DNA of 64,000 bases. Source: an uncultured cyanobacterium. GTDB taxonomy: Bacteria > Cyanobacteriota > Cyanobacteriia > Cyanobacteriales > Cyanobacteriaceae. A program made the position numbers and the translations under genes. Positions 1 through 9,574 of this stretch are shown here, in pieces (within the stretch, counting starts at the first letter, position 1; the number at the start of each line of letters is the position of its first letter). Under the pieces are notes generated by a model. That model made no database searches. It was not told where the DNA came from and saw only the letters and a program-made list of their open reading frames with translations. The stretch is from positions 502,416 through 566,415 of the forward strand of contig CAVQBA010000007.1 in NCBI GenBank assembly GCA_963710605.1. Reading direction: 5' to 3'.

Positions 1-1
1 A

Positions 2-184
2 GATAAAAATACTCATAAACTATTGCCCGAAGTCTTTTTAAGTATTCTCACCCCAACGATGATGATTACCAAAATGTCGGGTGAAAATTTGGTTAATTTA
101 CTCGAAGAAATGGGTAAAGCTAGTGAAGAAATTTTTCGTGGTGAAAGATTACCGATTCTTAAAGATCACTATTTAGATTCTTAA
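2..184 (+). CDS. 3' end of a small conserved cyanobacterial hypothetical protein (partial, runs off window)
   Basis: Frame 2 is open from the window start to TAA 182-184 and translates ...NLLEEMGKASEEIFRGERLPILKDHYLDS. The 'ASEEIFRG.RLP.L' motif is recalled from cyanobacterial hypotheticals. Confidence 0.6.
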   Translation, partial: DKNTHKLLPEVFLSILTPTMMITKMSGENLVNLLEEMGKASEEIFRGERLPILKDHYLDS

Positions 185-520
185 TCATTATTTACTTTAC
201 TTCACTAATAAAATGTATCGCAGTAAACTATCTATGATCAAAAATCACTGCTAAGCTAACAAGAGTTAATAATCAGTAATTTAATGATTCCTCAAATTGA
301 TAGTGGATTGTTATTCAAATATTCTAGTTTGATGAGCGTAATTTTACTCTGGGAACTAAATTAAGATTAATAAATAAATAAAATAAGCAAAAATAAAATG
401 ATTTTGATAGTTAGTGAAAAATAAAATAAGATTCATCAATGTATGATCAAATTGCTAGAAACCTGCTAATGAAGCTATTAGTTATTTGCACAAGATAAAG
501 ATTAAATAAGATAAATAATT

Positions 521-3500
521 ATGACCACAGTGAGTACAAGTTATCAAGAAGAATTGAGTATTTATTCGAGTTCTGAGTTATTATTACGTCATCGATTAAA
601 ATTAGTTGAGAATTTATGGGTTTCAGTACTAAAAAATGAATGTGGACAAGAGCTAATTGATTTATTAGATAAACTAAAATCAGCTTGCTCTCCTGAAGGG
701 CAAACTACTGATATTGATCAAATTTCAGTTAGTAATTGGATTGAAAAATTAGAGTTAGATGAAGCGATACGGGCTGTTAGAGCATTTGCTTTATATTTTC
801 AACTAATTAATATTTTAGAACAACATTACGAACAAAGAACTCAAAAGCTGATTCGTCGTACTAGCACCGAAGCACAAGTAAATGCGATCGAAACTTCACC
901 ATCAAATTCGGCTCACGATAATGGTAAAGATAATAGTTATTTTAATCTGAAATCGACTCCTAGTGGAGGCGGTACATTTCATTGGCTTTTCCCTTATCTG
1001 AGAAATTTAAACGTACCACCTCAAAAAATACAACAATTAATTGCTCAACTAGATATTAACCTTGTTTTTACCGCTCACCCAACAGAAATTGTTCGTCACA
1101 CTATTCGTAAAAAACAACGTCGTATTGCTTCTATTTTAGAAAAACTCGATTTGGCTGAAGAGTCTAACCGTAATATGAGTTTGACTAATTCTTGGGAAGA
1201 AGAAAATTATCGCCAATTGTTACTCGAAGAAATTCGCTTATGGTGGCGTACTGATGAATTACATCAATTCAAACCAACTGTTTTAGATGAAGTTGATTAC
1301 GCTTTACATTATTTTCAAGAAGTCTTATTTGATATCTTACCAGAATTATCTAATCGTTTAAAACAAGCATTAAACATGACTTTTCCCGGTTTAAAACCAC
1401 CTGTGGAAAAATTCTGTTATTTCGGCTCTTGGGTAGGAGGCGATCGAGATGGAAACCCGTTTGTAACTCCAGAGGTTACTTGGTCAACGGCTTGTTATCA
1501 AAGAAATATAGTTTTAGAAAAATATATCGATTCAGTTCATCAACTTAATGATATTCTCAGTTTGTCATTACATTGGTGTAATGTAGAACCAGAATTATTA
1601 GATTCATTAGAACGCGATCGTATTGCGATGCCTGAAGTGTATGATCAGTTTTATGTCCGTTATCGTCAAGAGCCTTATCGTCTTAAACTAGCTTATATTG
1701 AAGAAAAACTAATTAATACTAAAGCTCGTAACCAAGCACTTTCTAATCCAGAAACCAGAAAATCAATCAAACTCGCTCAAAAAGCAGACAAAGTTTATCC
1801 TAGTAGTAACGACTTTTTACAAGACTTAAATCTAATTAAGGATAATCTGGAAAATACTAATATTCAGTGTCAAGAATTAGTCCGTCTAACTCGTCAATTA
1901 GATGTTTATGGTTTTCATCTTACCCCGCTTGATTTTCGTCAAGATTCTTCTCGTCATTCTGATGCCTTAAATGAAATTGCTGAATATTTAGGAGTACTAG
2001 ACAAACCTTATAATGAATTATCCGAAGACGAAAAAACCCAGTGGTTAATTAAAGAATTACAAACTCGTCGCCCTTTAATTCCGACAGAAGTAACTTTTTC
2101 TGACATTACGACAGAAACGATCGAGACATTTAAAGTACTTAGAGCATTACAATTAGAATTTAGCTTAGATATTTGTCAGACATATATCATCAGTATGACT
2201 AATTATGTCAGCGATGTCTTGGAAGTATTGTTACTAGCTAAAGAAGCAGGGTTATATGACCCCATCTTAGGTATGACAACCATTAGAATCGTACCTCTAT
2301 TTGAAACAGTAGAAGATTTAAAAAGAGCACCCTCAGTAATGACAGAATTATTTGAGTTACCGCTTTATCGTGCTTGTTTATCAGGTGGTTATCAAAACTT
2401 AGACAAATCAGCATCTTATCTCAACCTACCTGTATTAAAACCCTATGATTTACAAGAAATCATGTTAGGTTACTCAGATAGTAACAAAGACTCAGGTTTT
2501 GTTAGTAGTAACTGGGAAATACATAAAGCTCAGAAAAATCTGGCTAAAATCGGGACTAAATATGATCTTAATATCAAAATATTCCACGGTAGAGGTGGTT
2601 CAGTCGGTAGAGGAGGAGGCCCCGCTTATGCGGCTATTTTGGCTCAACCTAGCTCAACAATCAACGGTAGAATTAAGATTACTGAGCAAGGAGAAGTACT
2701 CGCTTCTAAATATTCTTTACCCGAATTAGCTTTATATAACTTAGAAACAATTACCACCGCTACAATACAAGCCAGTTTACTCGGTAGTGGTTTTGATGAT
2801 ATTGAGCCATGGAATCAGATTATGGAAGAAATATCAGCGGCTTCTCGTAAAACTTATCGTCAACTTATTTATGAGCAACCAGACTTTTTAGACTTTTTTA
2901 TGTCTGTGACTCCTGTAGAAGAAATCAGTAAGTTACAAATAAGTTCTCGTCCTGCTCGTCGTAGTTCGGGTAAAAAGGATATTTCATCTTTAAGAGCAAT
3001 TCCTTGGGTATTTAGTTGGACACAAAGCCGTTTTCTTCTCCCTGCTTGGTATGGTGTGGGTACTGCTTTACAAGACTTTTTAGATCAAGAGCCTGAAGAA
3101 AACCTTAAACTATTACGTTCGTTTTATATTCGTTGGCCGTTTTTCAAGATGGTAATTTCTAAAGTAGAGATGACTTTGTCTAAAGTAGATTTACAAATGG
3201 CGAGTCATTATATTGAGGAGTTGTCTGATGAGAAAGACAAAGAGCGTTTTTATGCTTTGTTTGAGCAAATTAAGAAGGAATATACTTTGAGTCGAGATGT
3301 TGTTTTGAAGATTAATGAACAAGAAAAATTACTTGATAATGATCCTGAACTGCAACGATCGGTACAATTAAGAAATGGAACGATCGTACCTTTAGGATTT
3401 TTACAAGTATCTTTAATTAAACGTCTAAGACAATACGCCAAACAAGACAGAGCGGGTTTAATCCATTTCCGTTATAGTAAAGAAGAATTGTTACGGGGTG

Positions 3501-3550
3501 CTTTACTCACTATTAATGGTATCGCCGCAGGTATGCGTAATACAGGCTAA
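521..3550 (+). CDS. ppc: Phosphoenolpyruvate carboxylase
   Basis: Motifs [60 protein letters not shown] and C-terminal [10 protein letters not shown]. Confidence 0.99.
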   Translation: MTTVSTSYQEELSIYSSSELLLRHRLKLVENLWVSVLKNECGQELIDLLDKLKSACSPEGQTTDIDQISVSNWIEKLELDEAIRAVRAFALYFQLINILEQHYEQRTQKLIRRTSTEAQVNAIETSPSNSAHDNGKDNSYFNLKSTPSGGGTFHWLFPYLRNLNVPPQKIQQLIAQLDINLVFTAHPTEIVRHTIRKKQRRIASILEKLDLAEESNRNMSLTNSWEEENYRQLLLEEIRLWWRTDELHQFKPTVLDEVDYALHYFQEVLFDILPELSNRLKQALNMTFPGLKPPVEKFCYFGSWVGGDRDGNPFVTPEVTWSTACYQRNIVLEKYIDSVHQLNDILSLSLHWCNVEPELLDSLERDRIAMPEVYDQFYVRYRQEPYRLKLAYIEEKLINTKARNQALSNPETRKSIKLAQKADKVYPSSNDFLQDLNLIKDNLENTNIQCQELVRLTRQLDVYGFHLTPLDFRQDSSRHSDALNEIAEYLGVLDKPYNELSEDEKTQWLIKELQTRRPLIPTEVTFSDITTETIETFKVLRALQLEFSLDICQTYIISMTNYVSDVLEVLLLAKEAGLYDPILGMTTIRIVPLFETVEDLKRAPSVMTELFELPLYRACLSGGYQNLDKSASYLNLPVLKPYDLQEIMLGYSDSNKDSGFVSSNWEIHKAQKNLAKIGTKYDLNIKIFHGRGGSVGRGGGPAYAAILAQPSSTINGRIKITEQGEVLASKYSLPELALYNLETITTATIQASLLGSGFDDIEPWNQIMEEISAASRKTYRQLIYEQPDFLDFFMSVTPVEEISKLQISSRPARRSSGKKDISSLRAIPWVFSWTQSRFLLPAWYGVGTALQDFLDQEPEENLKLLRSFYIRWPFFKMVISKVEMTLSKVDLQMASHYIEELSDEKDKERFYALFEQIKKEYTLSRDVVLKINEQEKLLDNDPELQRSVQLRNGTIVPLGFLQVSLIKRLRQYAKQDRAGLIHFRYSKEELLRGALLTINGIAAGMRNTG

Positions 3551-3592
3551 AAAATCAATGGACAATTGATAATTGATAATTGACAATTAATT

Positions 3593-3614
3593 GTAGGGTG
3601 GGCAATGCCCACCT
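3593..3614 (+). repeat. GTAG-type REP palindrome doubling as ppc terminator
   Basis: GTAGGGTGGGCAATGCCCACCT followed by a T-run. An inverted copy lies at 45617-45638. It is preceded by a (ACAATTG/ATAATTG)n heptamer run. Confidence 0.8.
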
Positions 3615-3691
3615 CTTTTTTGTTTTGATTTGCCATGTACGATCGCTTTCTTTCTTCTATCCTTTTTTTAAGAAAGTAGCTACATTTTATT

Positions 3692-3916
3692 TTATGTTGA
3701 AATTAATTTAACTTTATTTGTCAAAGGTTGCGGTAATGCTCGATTACGAGCTTGATAATCCTCAATTAAAAGTTCTAATACTTCTTGTCCATTTTTTAAT
3801 GCTTCTTCATAACTATCACCATGAGTATGAGCGTAAGGACCAAATTCTGGCAAACTAGCAATATATTTTTGGTCTTCGTCACTCCATCGAATCACTATTG
3901 AGTATTGATATTTCAT
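3692..3916 (-). CDS. hicB: HicB-family antitoxin
   Basis: YSIVIRWSDED..YIASLPEF...HTHGDSYEEAL.NGQEVLELLIE...LPQP is a typical short HicB. It lies directly downstream of a hicA remnant. Confidence 0.9.
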   Translation of the reverse strand: MKYQYSIVIRWSDEDQKYIASLPEFGPYAHTHGDSYEEALKNGQEVLELLIEDYQARNRALPQPLTNKVKLIST

Positions 3917-3918
3917 TA

Positions 3919-4135
3919 TTATTCTTCTTTCTTTAATTTATCTAAATCTTGGAGAGCATTCTTTATATCTCGCTCTTGATAACGATCGGCATCTTTACCA
4001 TCTTTGCCAGAAATAGTTAAACTATATATAGTCTAATAAAGGATGACTCCAAACTGTATTACTACCTTTGCCTGAACGACTAGCAAATCCTGCTTTTTTT
4101 AGCATTGATTTTAATTCTCTAATTTTTTTCGGCAC
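3919..4135 (-). pseudogene. hicA: HicA-family toxin, frameshifted
   Basis: Hand translation from GTG 4135 gives MPKKIRELKSMLKKAGFASRSGKGSNTVWSHPLLDY. The frame breaks at a (TA)n run near 4022-4031. A second frame continues LTISGKDGKDADRYQERDIKNALQDLDKLKKEE*. The total of 217 nt is not a multiple of 3. Confidence 0.85.
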
Positions 4136-4514
4136 ATTAGAACTCGATCCTTTGGTTTAATTTTAACATCCGTAAAGGTGAATATTGCCTACTCTACGCT
4201 CAATTATTCACTACAATCGATTTTTTCTAAATACTTATTTTTTAAAAATATTTAAAGAAAATTTTTCGATAATATTCACTGTCTAACAATATTAAATAAT
4301 GTAGTATAAGTCGTAACGCACCATTGGTATATTTTTGACCAGTAATAACCTTATAACTATTAATGGCTAAAGCCATTACTACAAAACTTGTTCTATTTTA
4401 GGATTCATTATGATTAATTTAATTTTAGATATTGGTTTTTTAATGAATAGAACAAAATTTCAGAGGGTAAATTGTTACAATTTCATTATTATTACCGACC
4501 GAAAGTAGGGGATT

Positions 4515-4739
4515 GTGATTTTGACAAAATTAGATAAAGTATTAGATGAAGTAATGGAGTTATCTTTAGAAGAAAAAGAAATTTTATCTCAAATTCTTAA
4601 ACAAAGAATTATTGAAAACAAACGAGAGCAAATTGCTTTAGATGCCCAAATATCTTTACAAGAATTCAAAGAAGGAAAATACCAACTTTTAACCGCTCAA
4701 GAAGCTATCCAAAATTTACGAGAATATTTACAAAGTTAA
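4515..4739 (+). CDS. Small putative antitoxin (upstream partner of RelE/YafQ-like toxin)
   Basis: 74-aa charged helical protein (LDEVMELSLEEKEIL...KREQIA) lying 7 nt upstream of a RelE-like ORF. Confidence 0.65.
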   Translation: MILTKLDKVLDEVMELSLEEKEILSQILKQRIIENKREQIALDAQISLQEFKEGKYQLLTAQEAIQNLREYLQS

Positions 4740-4746
4740 GTCAAAA

Positions 4747-4911
4747 ATGACTAAAATCGTTGTTACTAACAAATATAAAATATCTTTGAAAAAGTTTGTC
4801 CGTAATAATCCTAATCTACAAATAAAAATAGAAGAGACAATAGAATTAATGACTAACGATTTGTTTAGTCCTGAATTAGATATACTTGACACTCCTCGCT
4901 CCTTTTTCTAA
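4747..4911 (+). pseudogene. Truncated RelE/YafQ-like toxin
   Basis: Hand translation MTKIVVTNKYKISLKKFVRNNPNLQIKIEETIELMTNDLFSPEL resembles the N-half of cyanobacterial RelE/YafQ toxins. It diverges and stops where the 'HKLxG..R' half should begin. Confidence 0.65.
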
Positions 4912-4968
4912 ATATTTTCTGTTATTATACTTGTACTCTCAATTATTTTAAAAATTCGCTTATATCAA

Positions 4969-5307
4969 TTAAGCATAAAAAAGAAAATATAAAAAAGTAA
5001 AAATTAAGAAAATTATTAGAGACTGGCGAAATATCTCTAAAAGTGATAGCTGAGATTTTTCTACTTCCCAATTAGAATAAAATTCAATTTCTAAAAAATA
5101 ATCTTTAATCCAATAAAAAGCTAATTTTAGTAAATTGTTTTTAATTAGCAAAAAAAGTAAAAACAATATTATCTGTTTTTCTTTTGTTTTCTTTAAGCTA
5201 TCAAAAATATTTAAATCGTATTTAGCAGTTATAAAAACAGATATCAAAGAGATAATATATAAAATTGTTAAATTTTTTAAGTCAGATATTAAATATGGAT
5301 ACAGCAT
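4969..5307 (-). CDS. Hypothetical membrane protein, very low GC
   Basis: 112-aa ORF with several hydrophobic segments. No recognisable family. Confidence 0.45.
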   Translation of the reverse strand: MLYPYLISDLKNLTILYIISLISVFITAKYDLNIFDSLKKTKEKQIILFLLFLLIKNNLLKLAFYWIKDYFLEIEFYSNWEVEKSQLSLLEIFRQSLIIFLIFTFLYFLFYA

Positions 5308-5325
5308 TTTACTTTTATACTTAAC

Positions 5326-5616
5326 TCAGTTTGTATTCTTCGTTTCCCATTTTTGGTGAAGATTATAACCAAAGACAAAACCTCTACGATACATATCATC
5401 GAGTGCACTCCCTGTGGGAAGATTTATTGACTCATTTTTCCTTATTTTTCTTTCTCTTTGATATTTTTCTTTCGTGTACGATTTGTCTTTTTTTTGCAAC
5501 GAATACTTATTTGATTTTTGATTTGTAATGTGAGGACTAACTCTTGCACTTACAGGTGAAACTTGATGTAATGTGAAAATCACAAAAATAAATAAGGTGA
5601 GGATTATTTTTTTCAT
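5326..5616 (-). CDS. Hypothetical exported protein
   Basis: Signal-peptide-like N-terminus MKKIILTLFIFVIFTLHQVSPVSA followed by a basic mature region. Confidence 0.55.
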   Translation of the reverse strand: MKKIILTLFIFVIFTLHQVSPVSARVSPHITNQKSNKYSLQKKDKSYTKEKYQRERKIRKNESINLPTGSALDDMYRRGFVFGYNLHQKWETKNTN

Positions 5617-5662
5617 AATTAGTAAATTTATTTAGCTATTGTTAAACTGAAAATTATTAAAA

Positions 5663-5770
5663 CTATGAATGATAACCAACCAATGCACCTATTATAAAGT
5701 AAACAGCAAAACTGCTAGCTATTCCTAAAATAGTTATTATAACTGCTGTTAGAATTGATTCAGAATTCAT
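5663..5770 (-). CDS. Possible 35-aa single-TM peptide
   Basis: Hand translation MNSESILTAVIITILGIASSFAVYFIIGALVGYHS*, co-oriented with the two orphan ORFs downstream. Confidence 0.35.
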   Translation of the reverse strand: MNSESILTAVIITILGIASSFAVYFIIGALVGYHS

Positions 5771-5880
5771 TTTTTGCTTTATAAATATAAAAATAAGTAT
5801 ATTGCTAATATAGTATCATTATTTCAATAAATCTAACGATTGCTCTTTTTTCAAGACTTATCTTTATATTAGTTATTTGT

Positions 5881-5905
5881 TATACTTGTACTAACTTAAG
5901 TACAA
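5881..5905 (+). promoter_or_regulatory. yefM-yoeB -10 box and operator palindrome
   Basis: TATACT (5881-5886) overlaps the inverted repeat TTGTACT-N6-AGTACAA, 11 nt before the yefM ATG. YefM operators are TGTAC-based palindromes. Confidence 0.65.
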
Positions 5906-5916
5906 AAAATTAGGTT

Positions 5917-6171
5917 ATGGAAATAGTTAATTATTCTGAAGCAAGAAGAAACTTTAAACAGATTTTAGATTGTTTGAGTGAAGACTGTGATACGACATTA
6001 ATCAAAAGAAGAAATTGCGAAGATGTCGTATTAATATCAAAGAGTCATTACGATTCTATTATGGAGACATTATATTTAATGAAATCTCCTGCTAATGCTC
6101 AACACTTAAACGAAGCTATCGCTAGAGACAAAGCAGGTAAAAGTGAATCTCATGATTTAATCGATGCGTGA
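5917..6171 (+). CDS. yefM: YefM/Phd antitoxin
   Basis: MEIVNYSEARRNFK...VVLIS...YDSIMETLYLMKSPANAQHLNEAI. It overlaps the yoeB start. Confidence 0.95.
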   Translation: MEIVNYSEARRNFKQILDCLSEDCDTTLIKRRNCEDVVLISKSHYDSIMETLYLMKSPANAQHLNEAIARDKAGKSESHDLIDA

Positions 6172-6323
6172 ACTAGTTTGGGATACAAAAGCTTGGCAAG
6201 ATTACATTTATTGGCAAAGTCAAGACAAGAAAACTCTTAAAAGAATTAATCGACTAATCAAAGATAGTTTGGTTAATCCTTTTGATGGAATCGGAAAACC
6301 TGAGCCTTTGAAAGAAAATTTAT

Positions 6324-7688
6324 CTAAGGAGCGTAAGACCCTCACGTCCCGTGAAGGGATGTAAGCGGATTTAGTTTTTACAATTTAAGTCTTTAGTTTG
6401 TAAAAAATGTGATAGAATCAGTATATCATACATCAAGCATGAAGTTGAAATGCTTAATCTGACGTACAACTACAAGCTACAGCCAACGAAAAAACAAATA
6501 GGAATAATTGAACAGAATCTAGATGTTTGCCGCTCTGTTTGGAACTATGGGTTGTATGAAAGAAAGCTATGGTACAACTCCCGTCAATGTGAAATTAACA
6601 AATGTTCATTACACAGTGAACACATTGTTGAACCTTTTGAATATCCTAATTACCATCATCAATCTAAACAGTTAACTAAAGCTAAAAAAACTAATCCTTT
6701 CCTTAAATCAGGCAATGCTCAGGCTATGCAACAGACTCTAAGAAAGTTGGATAAAGCATTTAATGACATGAAAAACAAAGGCATGGGCTTTCCTAGGTAC
6801 AAAAAGAAAATGAAATCTTTTAACCTAATTAGCAATAAAATTGAATTAAATGGTAATTATCTTAAGATGCCTCTGTTGAAAAACATCAAAGTGAGAAAAT
6901 CTAGAGATATTCCAGAAGGCTTTAAGATAAAACAAGCTCAAATCATTAAAAAAGCTAGTGGTTACTATGTTAATTTAATGATTGAGTTTGATGTTAATGT
7001 ACCTTCACCTAGTCCACATGGTCACGCACTAGGATTAGATGCTGGTATTCAAAGTATGATAGCAACCTCTGATAATTTAACTATTCCTAGACCTAGGTTT
7101 TTAGACAAAGTATTACGTAAGATTAAATTACTACAAAGAAAACTTAGAAATAAAATCAAGGGTTCTAATAAATGGAAAAAGTTGAATCATAGAATTGCTT
7201 TACTGCATGAAGCCGTAGCTAATAGACGAAAAGACTATCACTTTAAACTAGCTCACCAACTAGTACAAGAAAATGGAATGATATTTGTAGAAGATATTAA
7301 CTTTAAGTCATGGTCTAAAGGGCTGTTTTGTAAGCAATCTTTAGATATGGGTTTAGGTCAATTCTTTACTAGACTAGAGTATATTTGCTCACAGACAGAC
7401 ACCTATTTTGCAAAGGTAAATAAAGATTTCACGTCTCAAATATGTCCTAACTGTAACACTCATACAGGAAAAAAAGAACTAAATGTAAGAATACATAAGT
7501 GTCCTGAGTGTGGGTATGAACAGGATAGAGATATTGCGGCGGCGGAAGTAGTAAGGAATCGAGGTTTAGAAAACACTGCGGTAGGAACTATCGTGGTTAA
7601 ACAGCCCAGTAATGGCGATCTGACAGGGGCAATAGCCTAGTTAAGAGTCTATATGGGAATCCCCCGACTCTGTCGGCGGGAGGTTCAA
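6324..7688 (+). mobile_element. IS200/IS605-family tnpB-only (IS1341-type) element, 1365 bp
   Basis: Boundaries come from the yoeB reconstruction. It is inserted 3' of TTTAT. Left hairpin CCCTCACG-TCC-CGTGAAGGG, right hairpin CCGAC-TCT-GTCGG, terminal ...GGGGAGGTTCAA. No tnpA. Confidence 0.93.
6450..7640 (+). CDS. tnpB: TnpB RNA-guided endonuclease
   Basis: N-terminal YNYKLQPT...CRSVWNYGL, RuvC-I LGLDAG, RuvC-II IFVEDIN, zinc ribbon CPNC...CPEC and RuvC-III DRDIAAA. Confidence 0.96.
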   Translation: MLNLTYNYKLQPTKKQIGIIEQNLDVCRSVWNYGLYERKLWYNSRQCEINKCSLHSEHIVEPFEYPNYHHQSKQLTKAKKTNPFLKSGNAQAMQQTLRKLDKAFNDMKNKGMGFPRYKKKMKSFNLISNKIELNGNYLKMPLLKNIKVRKSRDIPEGFKIKQAQIIKKASGYYVNLMIEFDVNVPSPSPHGHALGLDAGIQSMIATSDNLTIPRPRFLDKVLRKIKLLQRKLRNKIKGSNKWKKLNHRIALLHEAVANRRKDYHFKLAHQLVQENGMIFVEDINFKSWSKGLFCKQSLDMGLGQFFTRLEYICSQTDTYFAKVNKDFTSQICPNCNTHTGKKELNVRIHKCPECGYEQDRDIAAAEVVRNRGLENTAVGTIVVKQPSNGDLTGAIA

Positions 7689-7789
7689 CTGGTTATTGGT
7701 CGAGAAGAATTGATGAAACAAATCGATTAGTTTATCGAGTAGCAGAAGACTATATTAAAATTATCTCCTGCCGATACCACTACTAACTC

Positions 7790-9298
7790 TTAACGCATAT
7801 CATAACCAAATAAATTAGGATCGACTTCAGATAAACCAATATCGTCTAAACCGTATTCTGCCCAACGTTGGCTTACTTTTTCCGCCATATCAGGATCGGA
7901 TTCTAATACTTCTCCCCATTCGTGATCTGTTTCAGGAGGGATTTTTGTTGTCGCATCGATCGCCATTCTACCGCCCAAGCCAATTTTTTCACTAGCAAAA
8001 TCGAGAGTATCAAAAGGAGTTTCTTCTAAAATAAAGACATCTCGAACAGGATCGACTTTAGAACTTATTGCCCATACTATCTGACGAGGGTCACGAATAT
8101 TGATTTCTTTATCCACTACAATTACAAATTTAGTATAAGTAAATTGCGGTAAAGCACTCCAAAAAGCCATCGCCGCTCTTCTTGCTTGTCCAGGATACGC
8201 TTTATCGATCGAGATAATCGCCGCTTTATAACTTAATGCTTCCATCGGTAAAAAGAAATCGGTGATTTCCGATACTTGCTGACGCAAAATAGGTGTATAA
8301 ATTCGGTTTAGAGCGATCGCCATCATTGCTTCTTCTTTTGGTGGACGACCACTAAAAGTAGTAAGATAAATCGGATCTTTGCGATGAGTTAGGCAATGGA
8401 AACGAACTAAAGGCGAATCTTCCACACCGCCATAATAACCCATATGATCGCCAAACGGACCATCGGGGAGCATTTCATTGGGATCGATCGTTCCTTCTAA
8501 AACAAACTCTGAATCGGCGGGTACTTCCAGATCGACTGTTTTACATTTAGCCAGTTTTACCCCCGAACCACCATACAAACCAGCAAATAACCATTCGGAT
8601 AAATCGACAGGAATAGGTGTAGCGGCGGCTAAAATGATTAACGGATCAACTCCTAAAGCGATCGCTATCTCTAGTTTTTTACCCATTTGGGCGGCTTTCC
8701 TTAGATGTCTCGCTCCTCCCCTAACCGATAACCAATGGACTGTCATCGTCTTATCTGACTGTAATTGCAGACGATATACACCGACATTAGGAGTACCTGT
8801 TTCGCAATCTTTAGTAATTACTAAACCGAGGGTAATAATTTTACCTGCATCTTTGGGGTAAGGACGAATCAAAGGTATTTTGTTGAGATCTAATTCTTCT
8901 GATTCGATTACTACTTGATGACAAGGAGGGAAAAAATCTCGTCCGGGTTTAGCTTTAACTACATCAAACAATACTTTCCCGAAATCGATCGCTTGTTGGA
9001 CTTTTTTCGGTGGTTTGGGTTGTTGTAGCATACCCAATTTCTTACCTAATTCTTCTAATTCTAAAGGATGTTCCATTTTCATCGCCCAGCAAACTCTTTC
9101 TAATGTACCTAAAGAGTTAATTAGAATCGGAAAGGGCGAATCCTTCACATTTTCAAATAAAAGAGCAGGGCCACCGACTTGTAGCATCCGATTAGAAATT
9201 TCTGCTATTTCCAAATCTGGATCGACTAAGGTTTTAATTCGTTTTAATTGTCCTCTTTTTTCTAGTAACTCAATAAATTGACGTAAATCCCTAGCCAT
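7790..9298 (-). CDS. ubiD: UbiD-family (4-hydroxy-3-prenylbenzoate) decarboxylase
   Basis: MARDLRQFIELLEKRGQLKRI, NVGVYRLQ, DGPFGDHMGYY, GRPPKEE. Cyanobacterial plastoquinone-pathway type. Confidence 0.95.
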   Translation of the reverse strand: MARDLRQFIELLEKRGQLKRIKTLVDPDLEIAEISNRMLQVGGPALLFENVKDSPFPILINSLGTLERVCWAMKMEHPLELEELGKKLGMLQQPKPPKKVQQAIDFGKVLFDVVKAKPGRDFFPPCHQVVIESEELDLNKIPLIRPYPKDAGKIITLGLVITKDCETGTPNVGVYRLQLQSDKTMTVHWLSVRGGARHLRKAAQMGKKLEIAIALGVDPLIILAAATPIPVDLSEWLFAGLYGGSGVKLAKCKTVDLEVPADSEFVLEGTIDPNEMLPDGPFGDHMGYYGGVEDSPLVRFHCLTHRKDPIYLTTFSGRPPKEEAMMAIALNRIYTPILRQQVSEITDFFLPMEALSYKAAIISIDKAYPGQARRAAMAFWSALPQFTYTKFVIVVDKEINIRDPRQIVWAISSKVDPVRDVFILEETPFDTLDFASEKIGLGGRMAIDATTKIPPETDHEWGEVLESDPDMAEKVSQRWAEYGLDDIGLSEVDPNLFGYDMR

Positions 9299-9345
9299 AG
9301 TTGGTAATTGATAATTTTAATGATTGATAATGACAAGAAGCTATT

Positions 9346-9450
9346 TATAGTACTAAACGAGTTAATTAAAACAGTTGAATCAAGTTCCCCTCCTCACTAA
9401 GGAGGGGTTAGGGGAGGTTGAACATCCGAATCAAATCGTTCTTTGCTATA
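9346..9450. mobile_element. MITE with TATAG...CTATA ends and internal CCCCTCC/GGAGGGG palindrome
   Basis: Left end TATAGTACTAAACGAGTT versus reverse complement of the right end TATAGCAAAGAACGATTT. The centre is CCCCTCCTCACTAAGGAGGGGTTAGGGG. Confidence 0.7.
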
Positions 9451-9574
9451 TTTTCATTTTTATCTCAAAAAGCAAGAAGATAAAGTATGAGGCTTCAACT
9501 GTCAATTTTACATTGTCAACTGTCTTTGCTATACCTTATCTTAATGATAATGTTCAAATTTTTTCGATGGTTAG

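Larger units (their letters stand above)
6164..7786 (+). pseudogene. yoeB: YoeB/Txe toxin split by IS insertion (6164-6323 + 7689-7786)
   Basis: 5' part ...GIGKPEPLKENLS and 3' part GYWSRRIDETNRLVYRVAEDYIKIISCRYHY*. Joined they make 258 nt, an in-frame 85-aa YoeB. Confidence 0.95.
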
